The notes under the pieces are model-generated. The model did not search any database. It saw only the letters and a list, made by a program, of their open reading frames with translations, and was not told the DNA's origin. This document shows, one piece after another, positions 25,339-39,518 of a DNA stretch of 64,000 nucleotides (position 1 is the first letter of the stretch; each line of letters begins with the position of its first letter). Source of the DNA: Eledone cirrhosa (taxonomy: Eukaryota); the NCBI GenBank assembly GCA_964016885.1, contig OZ024745.1, positions 19,468,001 to 19,532,000 on the forward strand, given 5' to 3'. Position numbers and translations under genes: made by a program.

Positions 25339-25494
25339 CGTGCGTGCGTGTGTGTGTGTGTGTGCGTGCGCGTGTGTGTATGTGTGTGTGTGTGTCTTTA
25401 GAGAATGAACACGTAGAAAGGGTAAGAGAGAAGAGAAAGTAGTAGTGTCGGGTAGCAGATAAATGGTAAGGGTGAGAAATGTTGGTAATGAGAA

Positions 25495-25686
<192 letters not shown>

Positions 25687-26444
25687 TTGTGCTTTGCGTG
25701 TGTAGGTGTTTTATGAGGTAACAATAGAACATATGGTGCTACAGAGAAAGGGAAACTGGGAGAGAGAGAGGCGAAGAGAGAGTGGGAAGAGAGAGACGGA
25801 GAGGGAAGAAAAGTAAAAGAAGAAAGTTACAAGCACACAGACACACATACAACAAGCACACACATACAAACACACACAGCCATATACAAGTACACACATA
25901 CATACACATACACAGCCATATACAAGCTCTCACACATACACACACACATTCAAGCACACGCACTGACACACATTCAAGCACACACACATATATAAATACA
26001 CAGACATACAGCCAAACACACACACAGAAATAAGTACACACACACACACAGACGAGCATACACACACACATACAAACACACAGACACATATACAAGCACT
26101 CACATATACAAACACACAGACAAGCACGCGCACACATACAACACACAAACATACAGACAAGCACACACACACACACGCACATACACATACGAACTCACAG
26201 TCATACAAACATGCACACAAATAGACAAGGGCACACACACACCAAACACACACACACGCACAAACACACACACATACAAACTCACAAACAGAGAGACAGA
26301 CAGACAGACAGACAGACGGCTCAGACGTGTTACCTGGGGGTAACAGTGAAAGAGGTAAAAATAGATGTAATACAAGAAAAAGTAATGTACTGTTGTGGTG
26401 ATGAACCCAAGGTCGTGTGTGAAAACAGAAAGTTATTTGCCCTA

Positions 26445-26690
26445 TATAATCGAATATAAGCCGAGATATCGACAGTCGATCGACTTTCGTTAAATCGGAC
26501 CGAGGAAACAATGTTTCCCTTGGTCTTTCCAATTCCTAATACTATCTATCGGTCGCAACTAGAGGTAGAAGGAGCAACGTGAAATAAAGTGTCTTGCCCA
26601 AGGACATAACGCATCGCCCGGTCCAGGAATCAGCGATACGTTATGTCCTTGAGCAAGATACTTTATTTCACGTTGCTCCTTCTACCTGGA
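26445..26690 (-). mobile_element. CORE-like SINE family B with an inverted duplicate of its core
   Basis: Arms ~26562-26617 and ~26633-26687 are reverse complements. Confidence 0.75.
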
Positions 26691-26994
26691 GGTTTATAAA
26701 CCGAGGTATATGAGACCAAAATATCGGCGGTCAATATTTTGACGATATTCACCAACTTCACCAACTTCAGCAACTTCAAATCCTACGTAAATAAGGTTTG
26801 TATCTGTGCCCTATCTCAGGTATGAAATAGTTGGGTCGGCTTATATTGGTATCGATCTATAATCGACAATATACGGCAATCGTTAACAACTTTGAAAGAA
26901 AAGGGGGATAATTTTAAGAAATTAAGAATTAATTTCGGAAAGTTAATTTAAATATTTGAAGGAAATAAAGTCTGGTCTTTGTTTGTAGACATAA

Positions 26995-27040
26995 GACAAT
27001 TTGTGATATGTTTCAGTCTATTAGTCCTCATCAGCAAAGT
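26995..27040 (-). ncRNA. Degenerate minimal HHR motif
   Basis: Minus strand: tttg-CTGATGA-ggactaatagact-GAAAC-atatc-acaaa; stems imperfect. Confidence 0.45.
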
Positions 27041-27143
27041 ATATTCTAACCACTCTTCATCTGCATAATATAATCTAACCAAGCATGTTAATCAGTTGAT
27101 AACTTTTTATATAGAAAAGGAGTTACGAATAAACTTTCGCCAA

Positions 27144-27941
27144 TTGATTCTGACTCATAGATTTATTGATCTGTCTCACAGGTTTATTGATTCTGATTCA
27201 TAGATTTATTGATCTGTCTCATAGGATTATTGATTCTGCTTCATAGGTTTATTAATCTGTCTCATAGGTTTATTGATTCTGACTAATAGGTTTATTGATT
27301 CTGGCTCATAGGTTTATTAATTCTGATTCATAGGTTTATTGATCTGTCTCATCGGTTTATTGATTCTGACTCATCGGTTTATTGATCTGTCTCATAGGTT
27401 TATTGATCTGTCTCATAGATTTATTGATTCTGACTCATATGTTTATTGATCTGTCTCATAGATTTATTGATTCTGACTCATAGGTTTATTGATCTGTCTC
27501 ATAGATTTATTGATTCTGACTCATCGGTTTATTGATCTGTCTCATAGATTTATTGATTTTGACTCATCGGTTTATTGATATGTCTCATAGATTTATTGAT
27601 TCTGACTCATAGGTTTATTGATCTGTCTCATAGGTTTATTGATTGTGACTCATCGGTTTATTGATCTGTCTCATAGATTTATTGATTCTGTCTCGTAGGT
27701 TTATTGATTCTGAATCATCGGTTTATTGATCTATCTCATAGGTTTATTAATTCTGACTCATCGGTTTATTGATCTGTCTCATAGGTTTATTGATTCTGAC
27801 TCATAGGTTTATTGATTCTGACTCATAGGTTTATTGATTCTGAATCATCGGTTTATTGATCTGTGTCACAGGTTTATTGATTCTATCTCACAGGTTTATT
27901 GATTCTATCTCACAGGTTTATTGATTCTATCTGATAGATTT
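27144..27941. repeat. 21/22-bp alternating minisatellite (ataggtttattgattctgactc / atagatttattgatctgtctc)
   Basis: Direct periodicity. Confidence 0.92.
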
Positions 27942-28130
27942 ACCACAGCAACAGTAGTCAAGGTAGACGTAGTTCACAACATTACAGTTATTATTCTCCT
28001 CCATAGATAGCTGCTGCTTTCTGTCCCACGATATTCTTTCAACTTGAAATGATGAGGAAACTGTAACTGGCTGAAACACTGTTTTCTGTTGCCTAGAAAC
28101 TGATACTATTTTTTAGTGTTGATATTTTTT

Positions 28131-28476
28131 AACCCCAAGTCAACCCCAGATCAATTCCTGGTCAATTCCAGGTCAACCCCAGGTCAACCCCAAATCAACC
28201 CCAAGTCAACACCAGGTCAACCTCAGGTCAACCCCTCGTCAACCCCAGGTCAATTCCAGGTCAACACCAGGTCAACCTCAGGTCAACCCCTCGTCAACCC
28301 CAGGTCAATTCCAGGTCAACACCAGGTCAACCTCAGGTCAACCCCTCGTCAACCCCAGGTTAATTCCAGGTCAACTCTAGGTCAACCCCAAGTCAACACC
28401 AGGTCAACCTCAGGTCAACCCCTCGTCAACCTCAGGTCAATTCCAGGTCAACCCCAGGTCAACCCCAAGTCAACCC
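28131..28476. repeat. 11-bp minisatellite (ccaggtcaacc)
   Basis: Direct periodicity; gives repetitive ORF 28116..28562. Confidence 0.92.
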
Positions 28477-28925
28477 TGACTAATCAGACCTTTGAGCAAA
28501 TACTTACCAGCTTCTACCATTTCATTCTCCATATATTGTGTATACAGGACTACATAACCTAATGTGTCCAGGGTTGTGCATACACAAAAAATTAGAATAC
28601 ACAGCACTCCCCACCACCACCACCACCCAATTTTACATATTAAAGTTAGCTTGGCACAAGTAATTGGAATTGAAAAGTTATACATTCAGGTATTAATTTC
28701 AAATGTTCTAACCATCCTAAAACTAAAAAGCTCAGCTGAGGGTACAAATAAATTGCTACATTGTCGCTTGTTCCCCCCACCCCACCCCACCCCAACTGCA
28801 GGGGAAATTGCCCCCTTTGCCTCCCTTTAAATCCGGCCCTGAATGTGTGCTCTATTTTTTTATGATGGTAGCGCAGTTTTTCCCAAATGATGTTGGGTGT
28901 AGTTAGGTGACTGAGAGAAATAATT

Positions 28926-29349
28926 GTTTCTACTTTTGGCACAAGGCCAGCACTTTCCCAGTGCATTACTGGTACTTTATTTTATCGACCCCGTAAGGAT
29001 GAAAGGCAAAGTTAACCTCCGCGGGATTTGAACTCAGATAATAAAGGCCCGTAACTCTATGCTGCAAAACTTGGCGTCCGACACTCTACCGATATTGCCA
29101 ATCCACCGCCACTGACGGAAATAATAGAAATTACATTTAAAACAAATGTAACCAAATATTGCTAATAATTGTTTCTACATTTGGCACAAGGCCAGCAATT
29201 ACCCAGTGCATTACTGGTACTTTATTTTATAACCCCGTAAGGATGAAAGGCAAAGTTAACCTCGACGGGATTTGAACTCAGACCGTAAAGGGACGTAACT
29301 ATGCTGGAAAGCATGGCGTCCAACCCTCTACCGATACTGCTAATCCACT
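28926..29349 (-). mobile_element. Two adjacent SINE family A copies (28926-29107, 29170-29349)
   Basis: Reverse complements of the family A consensus including A and B boxes. Confidence 0.88.
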
Positions 29350-29437
29350 GCCCTTATTTATTGCTAATAATGCTTTATTTATTTATTGTAACTAAAATCA
29401 GATAATTAATAAATATTTTGTAATTCAAATTATTATT

Positions 29438-29906
29438 AAGTACAAATATTTATTTGTACTTTATACTTGGAGCTTAATGGTTACAGGGTTCTAATTCATA
29501 TATATATTTCGGCTCTCTTACAGGATGAGCTATTAAGTTGTGCGTGTTGGACTGTTATTTCTGTTCAATACGCGCTTACCACGTTTGACTGGCGGCGCAC
29601 GAGGTGATAAATTCATCTTTCTGTGTAAACGTTGGCAAATAGTGTTTGTGACATTTAATTGCAATCTCTCGCTGATGAAGCCCAGGATTATCTGTTACAA
29701 ACACACTCAGGGCGAAACAGATTAGGGATAATCTGTCCGAGAGGTATAATGGTTATTGAGGCGGTTTGTATTATGATAATATATTTTTATTTTCATTTTG
29801 TCATCCTGTCTGTTTCTTGGTTAAATATTTCAAGCATATGTGGTTTTTCAACCCTCAGTATTTATTTGTACTTTATACTTGGAGCTTAATGGTTACAGGG
29901 TTCTAA

Positions 29907-29910
<4 letters not shown>
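29438..29910 (+). mobile_element. Retrozyme-like / non-autonomous PLE unit, 412-bp period
   Basis: Direct repeats 29447-29498 / 29859-29910, each followed by (TA)n; short 5' inversion aagtacaaata/tatttgtactt; canonical internal HHR. Confidence 0.75.
29666..29743 (+). ncRNA. Canonical type I hammerhead ribozyme
   Basis: Stem I ctctcg/cgagag; CTGATGA 29672-29678; stem II gccc/gggc; GAAA 29714-29717; stem III cagatta-ggga-taatctg; GTC triplet with predicted cleavage after C29737. Confidence 0.88.
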
Positions 29911-29971
<61 letters not shown>

Positions 29972-30512
29972 ATGTATATGTATGTGTGTGTCGATGAGGG
30001 TATGTGTGTATATATAGGTGTAAGTGCACTAAATCCCTTTCTATCACTCTCCCCTCTCCTACCGACCACAGGGAGATATATGTATGTATATTGCTTCCAC
30101 CTCCTCACTGACCAGCAGCTGGCCATCTGGCCATTGCTAAATCTGACCTTTATAAAATAACCCACTCCCCCAAATAACTCCTCATTCACTACCAGAAAGG
30201 CACACAGCAGTCAACTTGCTGCTACCAAGATGAAAACTACTATGAAATCCCACACTGAATTTTATACTTGAATTTTCAAATCTCAAATTTTAACTCTTCT
30301 TATTATTAATTTTCTTAATATTAATCAACATTTGAAAAGATGGCTTTTGCAGACCCATCGAAACCGGTCATTTTTTATACACTTTATTATTTCCTTACCT
30401 TATAAAATTATATGTTTTTTCACAAAAAAGTATTCTGTCTCTTATATATTCCATGTGCCATTACCAACCTCAATTTTCTCTATAACCTTCGTTTTGTGTA
30501 GAAACTTACACT

Positions 30513-30570
<58 letters not shown>

Positions 30571-30628
30571 CTTATTCGGCCAGTATTGGCTCAGGCCATG
30601 TCTAACTTAATAGCACCACCTATATATA

Positions 30629-30701
<73 letters not shown>

Positions 30702-30704
<3 letters not shown>

Positions 30705-31086
30705 AAAAGGTATAATTCTAGGAGAAGGAAAACTCTGATATAACACCTGCAACCCTGATGGTATCCAATGATGTTGACTTGTTCTTCTTTTTGGTAAATA
30801 TCATCTTGGTTAAGAGAGTGGGACTGGCTTTGTGCAGTGCCTTTGCTCACTATAAAAGCTTCACGGCACAGGCATTGCTTTATATCTGGAGATCTCTCTG
30901 CACTTGTCGTCACATGGTACCATGGGCCCAGTACTATGTGTCAATAATTGTCACAAGTGTAGTGTTTGTACCAGAGTTTTCAAGTCGCTGGCTGGACTAA
31001 AAAGTCACACTCGTTCAGCGCATCGGTAGGGGTTCTCCTACATGGATATAAAGTAGTGGCCGTACTCGAAAACGAGTTGGCAGCCA

Positions 31087-31090
<4 letters not shown>
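30702..31090 (+). mobile_element. RTE-derived short element (RTE-like 5' motif + 3' zinc-finger end and tail)
   Basis: ctaggagaaggaaaactctga motif; CSVCTRVFKSLAGLKSHTRSAHR* at 30958-31029; tail ggccgtactcgaaaacgag..gcagccaccat shared with 35241-35288(-). Confidence 0.55.
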
Positions 31091-31142
<52 letters not shown>

Positions 31143-32944
31143 ATGTGGGGGTGTATATATATATATCTTTGTTTATATAGCAGTTTGAATTAGTTGGGGT
31201 GTATAACCCAACGAAACTTAAGTACTTGTATATGTCACTGTTATACATATACACATATATATATACATACCCACATACACACACTCATACGCACATAAAC
31301 ACACATACACACACTCATACACACATTCCTACATACATACACACACACCCACACTTGTACACACATACACACACTCATACACACACATTCGTACACACAT
31401 GCACACACTCATACACAGACACTCGTACACACACACACACATTCACACACTCATACATACCGTTGAGACTTCTTGGACTTTTCAACTCACCAAAACATTT
31501 CTCCTAATTTCTAATATCTCTTTACTATTCTATAATTATTCCCCCTTATCTTGTAACTCTTCCTTTCAGACGACGGAGAACTTTGCCAAAGCTTGTAGAC
31601 GCCATTTTATTTTTAGAATTTGGGTTTTTTTTTATTTTAGTTATTTTTATTTGTTACTTTCTAGTCTTTTCTCTTCCTTCTCTTTCCCCTTTTAACCCTC
31701 ACTACCTGTGCCCCACGTCTCCCCTCTCCATTCTCACCTGCACAAACACACTTTCTTACTCAAGACCTATTTTTCTTTCACTTTCTTTCCACAATTTATT
31801 CTCTCGTCGTCTCTCATTTCTCTCTCTCTTTCTCTCTCTCATCTCTCTCTCTCTTTCTCTCTCTCTCTTTTCTGAGTTTCTTTCCTCCTTACTCCTTTTT
31901 ACCCACCGTCTCTGTCTCTCCCTCTCCCCCTCTCTCTCTCATCTCTTTCTCGCACATCTCCTGGGACTGTATTCAAGTGTTAAATATTACAAGACACATA
32001 TAATAAGCTGGTTGGCAGTTTTTTTATCACCAAGTGTCAGTTGGTTTCCTTGACTGCTTGTCACGTGACATGCACATACATTCTACACCATTCACCCACC
32101 TTTCACACACACCACACAAACACATGCACATATGCAGTTAGCCAAGCGCAACCACACGGAATCACTAGCAAACATGTGTATATGTTAACACTTGCAAGGC
32201 ACGCAACAATCTATGCATCTTACACGTGGTTATATTAGTACAGTATAGTGCATGTCAATGATTCAATGTCTGCTTTTTGGCACCTATATACTTATTTTGA
32301 AGGCAGAATCGTTAAAACATCTGATAGAATGCTTTGTTCTCTGCTCTATCAGTTCAAATCCCGCCTATGACAACTTTGTCTTTCATACTTTCGAGGTCAA
32401 TAAAAAAACTACCAGTCTAGTACTGGGGTTGATTCTTCCTCTATATCTCTTTCTAATTTTCTCTCTCTCGCTCTTTATCCTTCTTCCTTCTCTGAAAAAG
32501 ATAGGCTTCGTCAGGCTTAAAATACTCAAGAAACGTCGTATATCAATATGGAGCCCCTACGACTCCATATAAAGACCATAGCTTTAGTTACACGATTTAC
32601 TTGTGCATTGAGTATCCGTAGACAACCGATGAATTCGATTAATTCGATTCTGGTACAGAAATATTGATCACATATAGAGAGCACGTATGGCCCGTGGTTT
32701 CATTTAAAACTAGTCGGTTTGGTATTCGGCTGTCTGAATGCGCCTGTCTCGGTGATTTTGTGCCTTAGTCAATGAAGATGTACCATAGAGGTTTGTTCCG
32801 AGGAAGCTGTTCCTATCATTCCATGTAAGGATTTTTCTGATAGCAAGCTGTAACAAATTAGCCATAGACTAGGTAATTTGATAACCGTGGTTATTTACGG
32901 GGGCGGCATAACCTGTCCAAGGACTTGGCTTGTTTGGAACTTTT

Positions 32945-33745
32945 TTTTTTTTTTTGCAACAGGATTGACATGCGCAGACGGGCTGGAAGTGATATAATGA
33001 CTCGCGGCTGTAAAATCAATCGACTGGAATTTGCAGGCGACATGGTGTTACTTAACTCAGCAAAAGGTGATCTCCGACTTGCAGTTGATAGGTTTGATAC
33101 TGAGTGCTGCATAGATAGAATGAAAATCAATGCTGCCAAAACTGAGACACTCGACCTCTCCAGGAGGCCTGCGCAGTGCACTCTATATGTGAATGGAGTT
33201 CCACTGAAGCAGGTGAAAAAGTTCAAGTATCTCGGGGCCATGTTCACGAGTGTTGGAAGACACTGAATTAAGTGCAAGAATTGCAGGAGATGGTGCAGTA
33301 ATGCGCCATCTTCAACATTCAGTAATCAGAAGGGAGGTAGTTGTAAAATCCAAACTCGCTATCTTCAATTCGGTATTCGTGCCAACCCTTTCCTATGGTC
33401 ATGAGTCTTGGGTAATGACCGAAAGAATACGATCGCGTATATAAGTGGCCGAAATGGGGTTCCTCTGAAGGGTCTTTGGAGTAACGTTACACGATAGAGT
33501 GCGTAGCTCGGAGATCAGAGAGTCACTCCAGGTAGAGCCGCTACTCCTCTGAATTGGGAGATCACAACTCCGACACAATGAGTATATGGTTAGAATATCT
33601 CAGGAAAGAATCGCTGGATATATAACCAGCCGGATCAGTTGGAGACGATTGCTTCTGATAAGACCCGCCGGGGTAGGAGTGTTTGTTTACTCTGCCCCCT
33701 CAAGCCTCTCGAGAATAATTAGGCGAAGAAGAAGAGAAGAAGAGT
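32945..33745 (+). pseudogene. 5'-truncated, decayed RTE-clade LINE
   Basis: LEFAGDMVLL (decayed FADD), MKINAAKTE, QVKKFKYLG, PTLSYGHESWVMT, AEMGFL, LHDRVRSSEIRESL; stops and frameshifts; (GAA)n tail. Confidence 0.85.
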
Positions 33746-34391
33746 ATGTATTGTTGGAGGGCGGCGGGTTTTCATCTATTCAAGGTCGATAAAAATATAC
33801 CAGTCAAGTACTGGGGGTCACTTCTCTTTCTCACTTCCATTCTCTCACTCTATCTCCCCTTCTCTAGAAGAAATTTGTAGTATTCAGACCTGGAGAGAAG
33901 ATGGACTCTGCCAGGTTTTTAAAATGTCCAAAAAAACGCCATGTGTCCATACTATAGCCCTACGACTCTCTCAGGAGTTACGGGACCATGCATGTATATA
34001 TTGTTGGAAGATTCACCCGTTGGAGTAGTTTTGTGTCTGGAAGCTTGTCTTTTCACTTAATATGCAGAGACACGTGGTGGGAATATGATTCAACTGTTTA
34101 GTATGCGTGCTGTAAACAGTCTATGAATCCCACTGTGAGTACGAATGTTTGCCAGATATACACATAGACGTGTATAGATATAATTACATATATTCTAACA
34201 CTGAATCACAAACACACAAACACACACACTTACACTTAAATATCCAAGTGAGCGTATACATACAAGGAGGACCAAAGATTAACAATACATACAATAGACA
34301 TAGACACAAAAATAGGCACACAGCGACTGTTTACCAGAACAACATATATAAGAACCCGTCATAAGAGTGCAAGTATATGATGAAACAACTA

Positions 34392-34438
<47 letters not shown>

Positions 34439-34477
34439 CACACACACATACACGCACGCACACACACACACACACAA

Positions 34478-34519
<42 letters not shown>

Positions 34520-34578
34520 CACACACACACATACACGCACGCACACACACACACACATATATATATACACACACACAT

Positions 34579-34645
<67 letters not shown>

Positions 34646-34756
34646 CACACAAAGAAGTAACATAAAAGTGAAGAACAAAAGATATGCAATGTAAAGAAAT
34701 ATATAAACGGTAAAAAAATAAAAGATAAAAATGAGAGAAAGAGAGGAGAGAGAGAG

Positions 34757-34800
<44 letters not shown>

Positions 34801-34830
34801 GAGATAGAGAGAGAGAGAGAAAGGGAGAGA

Positions 34831-34934
<104 letters not shown>

Positions 34935-35186
34935 CAATATATATATAAAGCCCAGTAGGACATGTAGAAAAAAGTCTGAACAAGTGGTTTTGGTAAAATG
35001 GTATTTGCTCACAGGATGTAGCTTAGTTACGTTAAGAGGAGAGGGGGGGGGGGAGAGATGAAAAAATACTGAGATGAAAGTGAAATGAAAATGGGGAAAT
35101 TGTATTGAGTATTCATTAACGGACAAACATGCATACACGAACATACACACACACACGTACACACAATCACACACACACACGCACAC

Positions 35187-35248
<62 letters not shown>

Positions 35249-35996
35249 TGCCCCCTCGTTATCGAGTATGGCCATTGCACGATACACCATTATTAATAAT
35301 TATCAATTAATTCTATCGTGCAATGCCTGTGTGAAGATTTTTTTAAAAGTGAGGAAAGACTGTGCACTGAGCCAATCCCACTCTCTGAGCCACAGTAGCT
35401 ATAACCCGAAAAGAAGAAAAGATCAACATCATCGGTAACTACTGAGCCACAGGTTTTATATCAGAGTTATCCCAGTTTCCTGAGTTGCCTTCTCCTAGAA
35501 GAATGCTCTAACAAAGGTTAGGGGTCCTTCACTCCCAGTGGTTTAACCGCGCGATCGGTGTCCAGCCCGACTATTTCTATGTCCTCGCGCATATACATAC
35601 ACATGCACCCATGTATATACACATATACATACATATGTACATGTGAATATACCTATTTACACACTTTTGGATGGCCGTTGACTCTTATGAGTTCTTCCGC
35701 CCTTTGTCAAGTTTTGTTTTTTGTCCTGCAGAGTGTCCAAAACATTTCGGATCAGCTGTCGAAACGGCCGGAGCTCAGCCGTCGGGGTCCTGACTTTTTT
35801 CCTATTACCCACTCTACTACCCTAAGTATTGAGAATTCTCGTGCGTTTTGGTCCACCTGGTATCTTACCACACCTTCTTTGTTCTTTGTTATATATATAT
35901 ATATAGAGAGAGAGGGGGGAAAGGGAGAGAAAGAAAGAGAGAGTGAGAGAGAGAGAGAGTGGGAGAGTGAGAGAGAGAGAGAGAGATAGAGAGAGA

Positions 35997-36039
<43 letters not shown>

Positions 36040-36376
36040 AGATAGAGAGATAAATATATATATATAAATGGAAAAGAATGAAATGAAATTTTATTTCTCA
36101 CTCTTAGTACAGCTGATACTTAAATATAAGTATGTATACGTACATACATATATGTATACGTACATACATATATATATAAAAAGAGGGAAGAGAAAAAAGA
36201 AGAAAAGAAAAGAGAACAAAAAAAGGGAGAGAAGAAAAGAAGAAAACGACAAAAGAGAAAAGGAATGGAGGAGATAGGGACATAAGTATTGGTTACTGTG
36301 GGTAATTAAAAGAGTTAGATTCAATAAGAGGGTAGAAAGTCTAAGTATATGCAGTTTGTCAGGTGGTAGTATGAGG

Positions 36377-38990
36377 TTAAGGGTTCGATTTGCACTTGTA
36401 GTGCGAACATTTTTCTTTAAGTCTATGGTTGCAATAAATTGATCTTTCAATTTTATTGTTGAGTAACTTATTCTTCGAACTCAAAATATGAAACAGTTCA
36501 AGGTCACATAACCGACAGCTTCTCATACCACTCCGATATGCAGGCGCGTTCGATAGTTTCTTCCACTTCAGAGTGTATTGATGGTTACTTTCCTTCAGTT
36601 GCCAGGTATTGTTCGCAAGGGTAGTTACATAACGATGCTGGGAATGTTTCATTGCGTAGCGATGTGTATACCAACGAGCTTTAAATGTATTCCCAGTCGC
36701 TCCGATGTAATACCACTTCTGGTTGTCTGATTCGACCGCGCATTGGTAAACCAGGTTAGACTGCATACATTCATTATGCACTGGACAGGTTTCAGGTAGG
36801 TGGTAATTACAATTTTTGTCATGGGCAACTTTGGCATAATTGGTGGGCTGCGATGCCTGTACAAGTGTGTTACGTTTTGTTTGCCTTCTAGTGGGTGGTT
36901 GTGTATTAGATATTCTGTTGTGTTCAATGGTAATTGTATTGTTATTGTTATAAATTTGTGTTCCGGTGTTGTTACGTATCTTTTTAGCGTTAAGCATCTT
37001 AATGTGTGCCTCTATGTTTGGTGCAGTGGAGTAAGATAGTCTGATAGATTTAGTGTTAAGGATTTTGCTGTATCTATGTGAATCTGGAAAGTGCTTATTT
37101 ATTATTCTAAAGAAGGTAGAGGGTAGGTTGGTACCAAGGTGTTAAATATGGGGTTATACCAAATATATTTTCTGCTGGGTGACCTGTTTGATTTTGATGT
37201 TGTATTTCTATTTTCAGTATAATTGGTAGTTCTGTGCGTAAATGTGTGTGTGAGTGTGTTTCTGGAGTTTGTGTTATGCCTATTCGTGTGTGCTTTGCGG
37301 AGGCTTTCATCTATATATTCTACTCTATCTAGGTGGCCTGCCTTGTCTAGTATTCTAGTAATCCGTGGGTTCCTCGAAGATTTGTCGGTTAGACGAGAAG
37401 CGGGAGATACTAAGGGATATGCTGCGTGGAACGGACTTAATTACGAAGAGTGGCTGGTTCGAATTACAGTTGATGTATGCTAAGTTTTCATTATTCTTGT
37501 GAAAAGGTCTTATAAGTCCCGTATTTAGGTTAAGCGTCACGTCTAGAAAGTTAACTATTTTAGTACTATATTCATACGTTATGCTAAGGCCTAGTTTCCC
37601 GAGAGTCTTTCTAATATTCTTGCGCAGACTTTCTATGCTCTGGTTATTTAGGTTGTTAACTAGAAGAAGGGAGTCGTCTCTGTAGATCCCACCGTGAAGG
37701 TCGCTAAATTCCGTATGTAAACTATGGGCTATGTAAATACCTACTAAATCTGTGACTTGAGCCGAGTCGTTAGCCCCCATCGTGATGTCAAAGTTATCTA
37801 ATCTATCTTTACGTTCGCAATAGGCGTTTTCACATTTAATTATTGTTTTCCTAGCAGCTAATATGATTTTTATCTCGTCGTCTGTCAGGTCAAAATTGGC
37901 TTTGGCGAATGTTAAGGCTTTATCCAAGGTATTGGGGGATATAGAGGAGTAATAGTCGTTAATGTCAAATTGTATAAACTTAGATACTTTTTTGTTAGCT
38001 ATACTGTTAAACCATTTAATTGTTTCGGTTACCCCATAGTTTAATCACTAGTTTATTCTTCATTTGTGCTATTACTCTGTCTAATATATGTTTACTAATT
38101 TTCCCAATGTCTGATTTGGACGGGCATATAAGTCTAATTGTGGGGTTATAATCAAAATTAACCTTGAGATTAAATCTGGGGGTACATGGCCTAAGTGGCT
38201 CCGTTCTATCCTCTACTCCTAGTTGTTTGACTATATTGTGTGCCTCGTTGTTGATGTTTATTAGTGCCGTCTCGTTAGTTTTTCTGTATTTCCTATGTAA
38301 TTCCTTCCGTATGAAGCTATTGTATGTATTAAAATCCATCGTATACACATTTGAGGTTTTGTCCGCTTTGACAATAATTCCATTGGTGGTTCGCAGCTTT
38401 TTTATGAATGTATTCATGTCATTCTGGAGTTTATTATTCCTTCGCTTTTTGAATTTGATATCCATAATGATCTTCAGTAAGTCCTGTTCAAAGGCATCCA
38501 GTTGAGGGTTGGCAGGTGGGTTCTTACATGATTTGAAGCCGTATGTTTCCTTGTCGCATTCCACAGTGCGACCATTACGCCCTTTGTCGAAATGGAAAGT
38601 TTTCCATCTAACCCGACATATAAAGTCGTTTGTTCGTTATATCATCCAGAGGGTATAATCCTTTCTCGAGGGTATAGGAATGTTCTTTAGGGACATATCT
38701 ATGTAATGCTTTTCCATAGTAGTGCTGTATGTTTAGGTGGTTGCTCGACCGATTAGGAGCTTGTAGTTAGGGAAGCAGAAAATTGCTTATTGTAATCCAG
38801 TTCGTAGTTAAGATAGCCAATTTCTTGGACGGTTTCCAACGTATGGTTAGGGGTAACTCCACAAGTTTGCAAGAATGTGGTTAGTAAATCACATTCAATC
38901 TTGGAGTATAAAGAATAAAAGAGAAAAAACAGGTAAGAATTAAAAAAAGGATTTTATCCAGGTATTTACGACCGTTTCATTGGTAAGCGC
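36377..38990 (-). mobile_element. Decayed Penelope-like element (RT + C-terminal GIY-YIG), probably Nematis-like
   Basis: ATG at 38717 (MEKHYIDMSLKNIPIP); KADKT, KSDIGKISK, FDINDYY, FDITMGANDSA, YRDD, NFLDVTL; CN..CP..C linker, VYQ..YIG, CRLC, CNH. Split by frameshifts. Upstream GAAACGGTC HHR half at ~38969-38978. Clade call is from memory. Confidence 0.88.
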
Positions 38991-39229
38991 AACCTTATAT
39001 CGCTATACTGCAAATATATATATATATTTATTATATATATATTCATTTCTGAAGATGGCATATATAAGTGAAGGTCTGTATATCGCTTCTGATAATTTGT
39101 AATATTTTTTTACATAGATTTAATGATATACATACCAACATACACACATATATCCCAGAGACGATCGTAAAATAATGATTTTTTTTAAATATAAGGAATC
39201 TGTTCTTTGCTTTTATTTCATTGTTCTTA

Positions 39230-39402
<173 letters not shown>

Positions 39403-39447
39403 CATGTTCTAATAGAGACGGCGATACACATAAAAATATATTATAAG

Positions 39448-39518
<71 letters not shown>

